Positions 33,841 through 56,874 of a DNA stretch of 64,000 bases are shown one piece after another (within the stretch, counting starts at the first letter, position 1; every line of letters starts with the position of its first letter). A program made the translations under genes and the position numbers. Where the stretch lies: contig NIVC01002065.1 of NCBI GenBank assembly GCA_002269645.1, positions 1-64,000 on the forward strand, read 5' to 3'. The DNA comes from Macrostomum lignano. Lineage: Eukaryota. Below the pieces are notes generated by a model. That model worked only from the letters and a program-made list of their open reading frames with translations. It was not told where the DNA came from and made no database searches.

Positions 33841-34612
33841 TGTTTTTATTGTCCTAACTGAGTTTAGCTGAAATGTCAAGCCAAATGCAACAGTTGCAAT
33901 TGCAAACTTTAATATAACTGTAGGTTGGTAGTTTAACAAAACAGACTAAGAGAATTTTAAGCTAAATAGCAATAATTGATATAAAAGGTTTATTAACAGT
34001 GGAAAATATTTGGCAAATAAACCTTAATCATCATATTATAATTAGCTAATATCAATTAATTTCTCAATGGAATGACAATTATGACATACTATCATTTAGT
34101 AGAGCTACGAGGAAAAATTGATTGAAAGTATAAAAGTAACAAACAACTATTTAATTAAACAGAACTTTAAAAGTAGATGAAATAGAACAAGATAAAATGA
34201 ATGGATTTTAGATTAAAATTGACAAAGCTTATTAAAAAGTAGAGGACTACACACTCAAGATATGTTTTACATTATAACTAACCAATTCATTCACTAGTTG
34301 CCAATTATAAATTTTATATAAGTGTAACATATCTCTCCAGGATTCCATATAACTAATCCAAATGGAGCCAAAAAGGTTTTTTGGATTCTAGAATGTAAAA
34401 ATTTGTCATTGTGTTGCAGTTTATTCTAGTCTAAGAATTATAGTAAATTTACATAGAACTAATTATAATAACATTTATATATTTAAAGATAATCAAATAA
34501 TATATATTCTTGGTTATTACTTATAAATATAACCCTATTTAAAAAAGTATAAAACATTTTATTCACTAATGGTAGACAATGTACTATGAAATATATATTT
34601 TCAATTGATATA

Positions 34613-36173
34613 CGAGGGTTGTCCCAAAAGTAGTGTTACTTTTCATTATATCTCCCATCCAAATAATATCATTTTGTACAGATTTATGGCAGCAACTCTT
34701 TTCTTAATATCATTAAGAATAGACAATAGAAGAAACAAAAGTTATAAACTAAAATGCAACAGGAACTCGACCATAGACTTATAGTAAGTCAACAAGCTAG
34801 CAGAAAGTAGCAAAAGTAATTTTGATTGAATACACTTAGACTTCTTTGTTAGGCTGCTGTGACAAAGAGATATCTATGGAAAAACTAAAAGAAGCATATA
34901 ATTTTTAAAGCTACAGAATATTTTAAACTGGGCTTTAGCTTCACTGCTTTTTGTTCTTTCCTTTTGCTGCACTGAAAGTCATAGATGTGCATTTAAGTGT
35001 TGCTTAGAGGAGTATGATATATACCCTTTGGAGGATGGGGCATAGTTAAACCAAGATTCATGCTCAACTTTCATTGGCTCATGGGTCTTAGCAGTCATTT
35101 ACTGCAGTTATTTTGAAGCATTCACTGCAGCCAATTACCCATTTGACAGCTACCACTTTGAAAAATTTTGTTAACTTGTTGACTTAGGCTCATTCCATAT
35201 AAGCATGGTCATAACATGACAGGTTATTTTTACTTATAAAATGAAATCTAATAATAGAATATACTAAACCAATATTTTAAATGAAAGATTATTTTGTCTA
35301 GAATATATTTATAGAGTTTCATATAGATATCATCATTAGTATAGATGCTATTAAACCTTAAATGACACTTATGGTCGTAACGACAGGATTTTTGACATAT
35401 AGAAACTAAAAGGTAAAAGTCTTATAACATTTTTCATTTTTGATATTTTGCAATACATTTTTAAAATTTGACTAAGAACATCTTTAGAAATCATACTCTT
35501 TTATTAGAATATATAAACTCAAAAGGCAACAAAGATACAAAAGAAAAGGCAGCCTTATGGTCGTAACATTATGGTCGTAACATATTTTTTTCTGTCAATT
35601 CAGTAACTTTGAGGTACTAATACATTAAAAATATAAAAGATTATTTGGTCACCAATGCTTTTATCTGATGATGCAAGTACTATACTTTTATCTATAGTTT
35701 GTTTCAACCTTCAAAAGCTTTCTATTTGTTTTTAAAAGGTACAAAATCAGTTGAAAATCTTAATGATGTCTTTTGCTTCGAAAAATGTCCAAATTTTTAC
35801 AAAAATGACTTTTTGCCAATTGATAACATACTAATCCAACATTTTACCATTCCTTTATTCTTAGATTGTATATATTGCACAATATAAACATTTGGTAAAA
35901 AATAGGCTAATTAGGCAATGGCAAGCAAAAATATTGACTTTTTTCTATTTTCCAAATATGTCCATCTTATATGGAATGAGCCCTTACTATAAGTCTATGA
36001 TCAAGCTCTTGCTACATTTTAGTTTTCAACTTTTGTTGCCATTGTCTATTTTTAATGATGTTAAAGTTAATATGAAGAAGAGGGTTGTCACTATAAATCT
36101 ATGCAAAATGATATTATTTGGATTAGCAGAATGAGAGATATAATGAAAAGTAATACTTTTGGGACAGCCCTCG
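34613..36173. mobile_element. Non-autonomous mariner-type element (TA TSD, degenerate ~110-bp TIRs starting CGAGGG)
   Basis: TA|CGAGGGTTGTCCCAAAAGTA...TTTTCATTATATCTC...ATAGACAAT at 34611 and its reverse complement ending GGGACAGCCCTCG|TA at 36175; no ORF. Confidence 0.75.
35187..35983. mobile_element. MITE nested in the mariner element; TTA TSD, TIR (G)GGCTCATTCCATATAAG (PIF/Harbinger- or Zator-type)
   Basis: TTA|GGCTCATTCCATATAAGCATGGTCATA ... TATGTCCATCTTATATGGAATGAGCCC|TTA. Confidence 0.65.
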
Positions 36174-38013
36174 TAGCTATTAATGCTAGTATATAGGGTC
36201 CTTAGATACTCTATGTATATGTTGCAAAAATAGTTGATTAAAATAATGTATTCAACATTTAAACTCATCTAAGTTTTAAAAAATTAACTTCATTGACTTA
36301 AAAACAAAAATATTGATGCTAGGCCTAATATTATAAAAGATAGTCTTGATAATTTTTTTATTATAAATTACTTGGCTATTATTGAAATGGCTATCATTGG
36401 GGTATTTAATAATATTACAAAGATGGATTATATTCTACATTTTAGCAATGCCTTTAAATAGGCATCAAGTTATACACTTGTGCTTGATGCTTGAAAGCTT
36501 GATTACTCATAAGTAGTAACAATTATACTAATTTAAGATATAGGCTTCAGATATAATATATTAAGTATAGGATTTTTTCATTGAATGTTTTGTCTAAGTA
36601 ACTTTATTTATAAAAAATGTAATGCCTGCAATAGTGCAACCAAGGCAGGTAAGGACATTTGTCCTCCTTAGGCAAATGTTAAAAAAATTAAAGAAGGGCC
36701 CTAGTAAATTTTTGGCAAAGTATAGAGCTACTTGTAGAGAACAGAGATTCTATACAGATGTCCCCCAACGGGAGGTGAAGATTGCTAGTTACCTTCTAAA
36801 ATCTGCCTCCTTGACAAATTTCTAGTTGTATTACAATATATTAGGCAATATTTCTTTAAGTCTTTTCTAAGAAACAGACAAAATTAGCAATCAACAAATT
36901 ATAGACAAAATAAAGATAAAAGACAAAATTAAAGATAAAAAGTTCTAATTTTTATTAAATAAGCTTAAATAGACTAACTTTAAAGGCTAATTAGGTTATT
37001 AATTAGTATAATTATTTAAGAACTCAGACAAAAATTTAATTTGATGTATTCTATTACTAAATTTCATTGAGGTTTTAGAACTATTTAAAATTATTTATTA
37101 ATTTACAAATATTTTTTATATTAAAACTATGAATTACTATATTCTATTTTAAGGCTTGGGCACTACTAGTGTTTAGTGTTTAGTCAAGGACCTTAACTGG
37201 CTTAAGCAAGGTTAAGCTGAACAAACAAAATTGTTGTATAAAAATTGAAATATGTTAATATTGTTATTGTTATTTTGACAAAAATAGTTTCAACACATGG
37301 CGCAAGCAAACTTTTATTACAGGATTTGTTCCAGTGCAGCACAGGTGTGCCATGATCCTGACTATGGCTATAATCAAGGTGGTGAAAATGAAAATCCTGG
37401 TGCATGCATTTGAAGGGTCCTTATTTTAAACATCAATAATCGATAATGTACAATTGTCTCGCAAATATTGTCCTAGCACATGGCACATGCCATGCCACCT
37501 TTCTCACTAAGACTAGGCAAAACTATTGTACATAGAACATAGCTTTATACATGCATAAAACTTACTTGTATTGTAGGCCTATACTTTTTTAAATAATTTC
37601 TTACTTAAAAGTAAAATGCCTATTTTAAGCTGAACCATGCTCCAAATTTAAATACTTTGTATATATCTGAACTGTAATGGACATGGTGCTACTCAGTGTA
37701 CTCAAATGTATATTATAGACGTTAGATATTTACATTAATTATATATTTGATTTTGATTCATAATTAGAGTTGTACCTTTCGAAAATGAACGATACCGGTC
37801 ACGATAATACGATAACGCATTACAACAAAAATTTCTAATTACAGTGCAGTAAGGTGTTATTTGCTTAATTGCAGTGTAACAAATTTTAAAAAATCAAAAG
37901 TAAAGTATTTTTAGAGCTACAGGTAATTGCTTTTAAAAGTCAGTTTTTTACTTGTCGCAAGCATTTACCACTAAATTATGGGAAAATTAAAAACAAGGAC
38001 CACTGTAGTATAT

Positions 38014-38244
38014 ATTGGAGTTCGGTCAAAATTAAAATTCATAAGTGGTATGCTCTCCCTGGTGTAAGCCAATGTCAACTTATAAATAAGTTGTTACACA
38101 TATACTTGTTGATTTATAACAACTTAATTATAACAACTTTTATAACAATCTAATATATAAGTTGTTATACATATATAAGTTGACATTGGCTTACACCAGG
38201 GAGAGCATACCACTTATGAATTTTAACTTTGACCGAACTCCAAT
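38014..38244. mobile_element. Foldback / MITE-like inverted repeat with ~70-bp near-perfect arms
   Basis: ATTGGAGTTCGGTCAAAATTAAAATTCATAAGTGGTATGCTCTCCCTGGTGTAAGCCAATGTCAACTTATA pairs with 38174-38244 (one mismatch); AT-rich spacer with repeated ATAACAAC/GTTGTTAT. Confidence 0.7.
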
Positions 38245-39331
38245 GCATGGATACTGCTACATGAATACCAACGAAAGACTTCATATTAAGAGGTACTTAA
38301 TGTTTAACGTTAATTAACATTAACGTTAATGTTAATTAACGTTACACACGTTCATTAAGTGTGTGACGTAATTACACACTTTAATTACTATAAATAATCT
38401 TGTATTTTATTTAAAAAGCAAGAGAAATCCGTTTGATTAAAGTGTGTATTTCTGAAGAGAAGTAGATAAAACATTACATGTACATCAGTTTTTTGACACT
38501 ACACTACTAATAAAAGACTGAAAACATTAAGTGGCTATATATTGATAGACTGGTATTCGTAAAACATTGAATAGAGCCTGTAGAACATCAGTATCTCTAA
38601 GTCGCTTAATAGATTTCACCGCGAAAAAGCACAAGGTTAGTATAAGGCGGCGCAGTAAAATTCTGTCACAGTGCAGTAAAAATCAAAGGAGGTGAAGTGT
38701 AAGTTCGCAGGAAAAACCGCTGTAGCCGAGATCGATGCCGTAGAAGTATAATCAAATAAACGTTACGTAAATGTATAGATATTTTAATTTTATATGTATC
38801 CGATTAGCATTTATCTAAGTGCAGCGATCAACTGAATATGTACATATCATTTATCACAGAGAATGAAGCAGATCTCTGACCATAACAGACAGCCATCCTT
38901 AGGCTGGATTTTTGACACAATTAGTTTGTTTACCGGAACAGAAATCAATTAAATAAAAGCAAAAACACTTGAATTACTCGTAATTAAATAACTGTGTGAA
39001 ACAACTTCTATACATGCATAAGGTTGAGCATTATAGTTCAAGGCACGGGTCAGAGAACTACAGCTCTACTACTGGTTTTGTAGAGCTGGTGCATGAAGTA
39101 AAAAATGTGCATGTTTCTGCTGATTGACACGCAGTGAGGTATAAAGACGCAAGGATCGATAAAATAGCTATGAAAAAAACAAATTGATAAACACATTGTC
39201 AAAAAGCAAAAATTATAAAAAAATTGCTTTTTTATTGCACGATTACTTATAAAATGTAAGAATAAAGAATTCGATTGCAAAATTTTGTTTTTGGACTTTT
39301 ATTTAGTTCACCAAAAACCAATGAAAACATC

Positions 39332-40035
39332 GTGTCAAAGGCCTCTAATATAGGTGTCAAAGGCCTCTAATATAGGTGTCAAGGGCCTCTAATATAGGTG
39401 TCAAAGGCCTCTAATATAGGTGTCAAAGGCCTCTAATATAGGTGTCAAAGACCTCTAATATAGGTGTCAAAGGCCTCTAAAATTGGTGTCAAAGGCCTCT
39501 AAAATTGGTGTCAAAGGCCTCTAATATTGGTGTCAAAGGCCTCTAATATTGGTGTCAAAGGCCTCTAATATAGGTGTCAAAGGCCTCTAAAATTGGTGTC
39601 AAAGGCCTCTAATATTGGTGTCAAAGGCCTCCAATATAGGTGTCAAAGGCCTCTAATATAGGTGTCAGAGGGCTCTAATATTGGTGTCAGAAGGCTCTAA
39701 TATAGGTGTCAGAAGGCTCTAATATTGGTGTCAGAGGGCTCTAATATTGGTGTCAGACGGCTCAAATATAGGTGTCGGAGGGCTCTAATATTGGTGTCAG
39801 AGGGCTCTAATATAGGTGTAGAGGGCTCTAATATAGGTGTCGGAGGGCTCTAATATTGGTGTCAGAGGGCTCTAATATAGGTGTAGAGGGCTCTAATATT
39901 GGTGTCAGAGGGCTCTAATATAGGTGTCAGAGGGCTCTAATATAGGTGTCAGAGGGCTCTAATATAGGTGTCGGAGGGCTCTAATATTGGTGTCAGAGGG
40001 CTCTAATATCAGAGGGCTGTAATATAGGTGTCAGA
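39332..40035. repeat. 22-bp tandem array (AGGTGTCAAAGGCCTCTAATAT)n with a sequence gradient to AGGTGTCAGAGGGCTCTAATAT
   Basis: About 32 units immediately downstream of the TRP stop codon. Confidence 0.93.
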
Positions 40036-40106
40036 AAGGACTGAAAATAGGTTTGTCAGCATGAAGATTGAAGAAGCCGAGAAAACTCAATCATCCCGGC
40101 TAGCCT

Positions 40107-50869
<10,763 letters not shown>

Positions 50870-53807
50870 GGCTTGTCAATTTTTCGAAGTTACAATTAGA
50901 TTAATTGCTTTAAATGCAAGGCGGCACGTCTGGCATTTATTTCCTTCCAGTACTCCAGAAATTATAGTATTAACGAAACCTTTTTCTATCGGCTTTGTGT
51001 TAAAAATATCATGCGCCCTCGACGTTTGATAAATTAACGTTTGTATCAAGTTTACCATGGAGATCAGTTATAACAAAATTAGCAAGCTTTACTTTTAAGC
51101 TGCTTTAAAAGGACTTGAAAAATATTTTAAGAAAGTAAGCCTAGATTAGATAAATTTAGCAAACCTTTAGTGTCCTCTTTAATTACATATCTTCATTGAC
51201 TTCAAATTTAATATTTGGGCATTTGCAGCTGCTTCACGGCGGATGGATGCAATTTAGTTTTAATGTCTAATAATTAATAAATGTCATTTTGACCACCCTC
51301 CTACCCCCCAGTATAATTTTTCGGTACGAGCTCCTTACTCGTAAAGACGTTTTTGTGAGATTTAGCGCAGTGCGCTGCTCTAATTCTAAAAATTCGATGC
51401 AGGGGATGAGGTGAACCAACCAACCTGCACTCCCCCCACCTAATTGGATCGGTGCTGCGCCGCCACGGACTCTACTATACTACCCTCGAAACAAAACATT
51501 TTTTACAGTTTTGGCATGCTATAAATTTACGAGATTTGCAGAGAAAAAGGGATGAATAAGGATGCCTGCAGCAAACGAAACAAATTATAAGTGATATGCT
51601 TTTTTAGGTACATGTAGGATCTTCTATAGCATGCAATTGCACCCTATTTATATGGCATATTGTCGTTTGTCGGTCATATATTGTGCAGGAATGGATCGCG
51701 GTAAAAGTCGCCATGCAATCTCTGAACGGCACAGCTGCGATCTCCGCATATTTAATCGATATAAGGCCGTCTGTGACGATTAACCGGCAGACTCGAAATT
51801 AACTGACGAAGACAAATACAGCGGAGGCAAATTTTGTAGCGGTAGCACTTGATGATAGTAGCGAATGATGCGGGCGGTGGCCGCAGTTATTATTTATTGT
51901 AACCGTATAAGTGGATAGTTAGGGCTCGTTATTATCAATTCCGTCAGGGTAGTTAATAGAGATGGGCCAGAGTATTTGCTGAATCCGTAAGGAATGCACT
52001 AAGCGGCTACGCAACAATAAGATAGATGATAGAGCGAGTCGATGAGCCTGAGGCAATGGCGACGATGTGATGGCAGTGATCGATGGTGGCGGTAGGTACT
52101 CGTAGCGAGAACCCTATACAGACGGTAGTGGCGTGATCGAGAATTGGCGGTGGCGGTGGCGTGACTGAGACTTGGCAGAGGCGTGGTTTAGGACTGTGGC
52201 GGAGCGAGGCGGAGAGAGAAGACGGGTAAACAAGTAAACAAGGGTGAAAAACAAGGGGCTAACCCCGGGCCAGACAGGACTGATAAAGAGCGGGCTGGGG
52301 GTGGGTGCGCGCGGAGAGCTTAATTTCAGGCTAGCATAATTTATGCGCGGCTTTTCTATTGGCCGGCGAGAAAAACCAACTTGAAAACAGAAATTATCGA
52401 TCGCATTGTACATAGGCTTTACAAGTGCACGCAATGTTGTTTAAAATTCTTTGGGGATTACTATAAGCAGACGTTAGAGTACGAGACCATTAAATTAACA
52501 ATATTATAGAAGGCACTGCTCTCGCTAAAACGGCCCTTGTCGGGGCTACCTCAACTGACAACGTCACACCGTCCATATTTTTCAAAACAAAAATTCAGTT
52601 CTTCTATTACATGTACGTGCAAACGTGCATTCACGAAGATCTGATTCCGTTTTAGTTACGAGTACTTGTAGTTGAAGGTACACACTGCGCATGCAACATG
52701 TCCTGTAATTTAAGAATGGTAGATGTACATGTATAAGGCAAATAAAACAATTACTTAGTCTAAAAGGTCTATATTTTTAGAAGAGTATATATTTATTTGA
52801 TTCCTGAATAAACAAAACATTTGTTTTAAATTTGTTGCGATTGATACAAGTATGGAAGTGCTAGCTAGTCGAGGTAGGGTGGTGGTATTTGACGGCCCGG
52901 CCCGGTTTGATCACATAAAACAATCACAAAAATAATCCGGAAGTATCTGTTTCTGACTAGCTGCCCTATTGGGTTCGGAGCTGGCTGAGCCGGGACGTGA
53001 AATATAGCAATACACCAGTCGAGATTAACGTCAGGGATATATCGTAACAATTAAAACAGATACAAGTTCGATATTGCATCACAGAGTGGAGCATTATAGA
53101 ATACGAATTATGTTCTACTTATAACAATGTTTAGATCAGGTTGATGTGTAAACTTCAATCAGTGTAAGCAACTTGTACACTGTACTTTAATATAGACGAA
53201 CTTTAATAAATATACCTAAATTTATCTGTAAAACGGGACCGCTTTAAACGCAACTACGGCCACAACATTTACTTTCGTTTGCATACATGTACATGCAATC
53301 AAATTGAAATTCCGAGTGAATGTCGTCCTAATGGCTAGGCTTGACAGACAATTGTAATATACGAGGACAGACATTGCTACGTGCGTACGAGTATATCCTT
53401 AGATAAGCAATTATAAGCTCATGATTATAAGCATAAGCAGGTTTCTTCTTAAAATGCATCAGCAAAGGGCTTTTTATCTAATTTCTTTAATCTAATAATT
53501 AGTATTCTTAGTAAAATTTTTCGATTTGTTTTATTTTATTAAATTTATTAAATTGTTTTATTTATTTAGGTCGCATAATTTATTTTTTTACTTCTTTCTT
53601 TTCTTTTTTCCTTCTTTCGCCATCTTTATTAACCAAAATAAGGCTGGTAAATCTTCCATCATACTTAACATCTGCGGCTCAAGCAAAAAGATTGTTAGAA
53701 AAAATCCCAAGCATCTCTTGTACGTAATAAAAATTACCCGCGATTTAAAAAAATGTTTCGAATCTGCTTGCATCAATTAATTTTGCTTAGAAATTGCCCG
53801 GCAGAGT

Positions 53808-55076
53808 TCACCGCAGCGGTATCTGGTTGGACCTCGCATCGTCCAGCTGCTGCTGGCGACGGCTCCGCCTGTCTGGACAGAAAATTCGGCTCAGATCGTC
53901 GCGGAAGTTGTGGTTCATGAAGCAGTAGATAATGGGGTTGGTGGCGTGCGCCAGATAGTACATGTAGAACACGATAATGTTGAACGGCACGGCTTTGATT
54001 GTCATCAGCGCGGCGGGCAGGAAGGTGAGGATGAAGACGATGGCCACCACAAAAAGCATCGCGGCTGTCTTCAAATTCTGCAGAGCGTCGCTGTCTCGAC
54101 TGTCGCGGCTGGCAACCGCCAACGCGCTGTTTGAAGTTGATGGCACCAGCGAGAGCTGCTGCTGCTGCTGCTGCTGCTGTCGCTGTTGCAGTTGGTCCGA
54201 CGAGGCGCTGAAAGCGGCAGCAGCGGCCGCGGCCGCAGCGTCATCGCCAGTAGTGGTGGTTGCGGCCGCAGCCACGGTGTCGCCCTCGTCGGCTGGGGTC
54301 GAGTCGAGGGCAGCGATGCTGACGGGGCCACCAGCAGACCGAGCGGCTGCGAGTTGCATTCGCTTGTTCATCCGCTCCGCCCGCTGGCGCCGCCGCCGCC
54401 TCAGCCGGAGCACGGACTCGTAGATGAGCACATACAGGATGAACACCAGCACGATGCAGAGCAGGTACAGAGACAGGTGAATGGCCTGGAACACCCGGTA
54501 GAACACCAGGCTGGCTCTGGACACCGTCATCGACGGCCCGTCGCTCAGGTCGCTGATCTCGCGGCACTCCCCGTAGCTGGCGAATTTCCACTGCTCGGTG
54601 CCGTTCGGCCCGTCGAATGAGCTGCGAACGACGGCGCTGAACGAAGCGGTGGTGGCGCCCAGGGTGACGGCCACGGCGACGAGGGTGGCCACGATGGCCT
54701 TCGCCCTGCGCACCGTGATGGCCCGGAGGAAGGGTTTGCAGATGCAGAAGTACCGCTCTACCGCGATGGCCGCCATGAGCATAGATGAGAACGGTATGCC
54801 GCTGCAGTTGAGCAGGTAGTGCAGCCGGCACACCAGGGCGCTGGTCTCGTAGTTCCTCGCCTCCATGGCCACCGTCATCGGGATGACGAGAGTGCAGGCG
54901 AGAAGGTCCGACACGGCCAGGCTGAGGATGAACACGTTGGCCGCGTGGCCGTCCTTCTTCTTGGCGTAGACGTACAGCACGATGGAGTTGCCCGCGGCGC
55001 CAACGGCGATGATGCTCGCCATGATGATGTAGGCCACCAGGGCTGGCGGCGCTGTCGACTTCTGGCCCGTCTGCAT
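53808..55076 (-). CDS. Rhodopsin-class (class A) orphan GPCR, peptide-receptor-like; single coding exon seen
   Basis: TM1 GAAGNSIV, TM2 LAVSDL, extracellular Cys, TM3 IAVERY, TM5 FIL..LIY, TM6 FILTFLP, TM7 NPIIY, helix-8 FRDDL. First in-frame ATG at 55076; an upstream exon is possible. Confidence 0.9.
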   Translation of the reverse strand: MQTGQKSTAPPALVAYIIMASIIAVGAAGNSIVLYVYAKKKDGHAANVFILSLAVSDLLACTLVIPMTVAMEARNYETSALVCRLHYLLNCSGIPFSSMLMAAIAVERYFCICKPFLRAITVRRAKAIVATLVAVAVTLGATTASFSAVVRSSFDGPNGTEQWKFASYGECREISDLSDGPSMTVSRASLVFYRVFQAIHLSLYLLCIVLVFILYVLIYESVLRLRRRRRQRAERMNKRMQLAAARSAGGPVSIAALDSTPADEGDTVAAAATTTTGDDAAAAAAAAAFSASSDQLQQRQQQQQQQQLSLVPSTSNSALAVASRDSRDSDALQNLKTAAMLFVVAIVFILTFLPAALMTIKAVPFNIIVFYMYYLAHATNPIIYCFMNHNFRDDLSRIFCPDRRSRRQQQLDDARSNQIPLR

Positions 55077-55677
55077 CTGCTGGCTTTTAACTGATGCTGG
55101 TGATTGTGTCAAATCCGAGCTGATTGCTGAGGCTGGAATGATTGGGCAAGATGCTAGACTAATTGCATTGACAAGGTGCTTTGCCGTAATCGAGTTGCCG
55201 GGTACTTTGTCTCGCAGGGGGCTTTCGGAACTGGCACAAATCAAGGCCTCGGTTGGAATCAGGCAATTATCTATCAATTTATTACAATTTCTTTGAGGTT
55301 TTAATTAGGTAGATGATGTAGAAATCTATTGCAAAATCAGAGGGGTTCTCTGGAAACTTAGGGAGGGAGGGGGTTGGAACAGTTAAACAAAGTTCTGACG
55401 ATAGCTAAGCTTCGATACTGGCGGCAGACTTCATTAAAGTCAGAATTCTTAATCTGGAAACGACTCAATATTGCCGCCTTGAAGAATTGATTTTTCGATG
55501 AAAACCCGCTAGCACCCGAAACAGAGTTCGATTTGTCCCCAATGGCGACTAGAGATAAAAGATTTCCAACTGTTAATTCCCTAAAACGGAACAGCATCGC
55601 GACTGATTCTTAAAGCAAATCGGAGAGAGAAGTTTCCGCTGGTTGACCAAGCGAGGTCAGCTTCTGTCGGTCTGATT

Positions 55678-56385
55678 CGGGGGCCAGCAAACTCCGGCCC
55701 TCGGGCCACATGCGGCCCACCAAGCCTCTCTATCCGGGTCTCGGGTCTTTTAAAACTTCACAACAGCAATTTGTGTCTATTCTCAGCTCTCTCCTCTCTA
55801 ATCTCGTCTCTCTTCTCCCTTTTCTCTCCTCTCCTCTCCTCTCCTCTCCTCTCCTCTCCTCTCCTCTCCTCTCCTCTCCTCTCCTCTCCTCTCCTCTCCT
55901 CTCCTCTCCTCTCCTCTCCTCTCGTCTCGTCTCCTCTCCTCTCCTCTCGTCTCGTCTCGTCTCGTCTCCTCTCCTCTCCTCTCCTCTCGTCTCGTCTCCT
56001 CTCCTCTCCTCTCCTCTCCTCTCCTCTCCTCTCGTCTCGTCTCGTCTCGTCTCCTCTCCTCTCCTCTCCTCTCGTCTCGTCTCCTCTCCTCTCCTCTCCT
56101 GTCCTCCTCTCCTCACTTCTCTCCTCGCCTCCCCTATATTCTCTCTCCTCTCTCCTCTCCTCTCCTCTCTCCTCTCCTCTCCTCTATTCTCTCTCCTCTC
56201 TCCTCTCTTCTCCTCTATTCTCTCTCCTCTCCTCTCCTCTCCTCTCCTCTCCTCTCCTCTCCTCTCCTCTCCTCTCCTCTCTCCTTTCCTCTCCTCTATT
56301 CTCTCTCCTCTCTCTCCCTCTCGGGCCCGCAGTCATGCGCTAGATTCGCCATCTAGCTTTAAGACAAAAGTTTGTTCAACCCCTG
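55678..56385 (+). mobile_element. hAT (Charlie-like) non-autonomous element inflated by an internal (CTCCT)n array
   Basis: Left end CGGGGGCCAGCAAACTCCGGCCCTCGGGCCACATGCGGCCC and right end AAAGTTTGTTCAACCCCTG resemble Charlie-type termini (CAGGGG..CAAACT..GGCCCGCGGGCC). The 8-bp TSD matches only partly. Confidence 0.5.
55790..56320. repeat. (CTCCT/CTCGT)n microsatellite
   Basis: Read directly. Confidence 0.92.
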
Positions 56386-56874
56386 GTCCACATGTAATTG
56401 GAACTGTTCCGGCCAGTCGGTTTGGTTTTTATGCAGCCGCCTCGGGGCTGAGGAGGGCGAGAGGATGGCGCTGAGCGGCCAAGAAGCCAAGAAGAGCCTC
56501 GCTACTTTGTCAGGCCGCCTGCCAGCTTAATTAGAGTTGACTTTCAAGCGAAGGTCCCCCGCCTTTTCCGCGCCTTCTCTTAAAGTTTCTTGTTTAACCA
56601 GCAGCGCCTCGAGTGGTCTACTTTCGCACCTCGGCTTTTTAACTATATAGGCCTAATGAGATGCCTGCCGAGTGCCTCTGCTCGGGGAGGGAAATTGCTT
56701 AGACGAGAGCTCGCGTTGGGATAATCTAGAGTAGAGATAGGAAGATGGGAAGTCAGCCTTTTTAACGGAGGGGGACACAGAAAGGACAGTAAGGGGGCAA
56801 CCAATTTGTAATCTGAGAAGCTTTTGCCTCGAGTGTTGTGACGCAGGGTGTGAAGACTTATTTTTTGATTTGCT

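Noticed and set aside
36622-36825. 67-aa ORF in the AT-rich region
   Set aside because: No domain signature or splice context; the length is expected by chance.
52114-52434. ORF, or an enhancer with tandem GTAAACAA and TGATAA motifs
   Set aside because: The ORF has no recognisable product, and short TF motifs alone are not sufficient evidence.
55077-55277. TTG-initiated N-terminal extension of the GPCR as annotated by the ORF track
   Set aside because: A TTG start is unlikely in an animal gene, so it is left as an open question rather than annotated.
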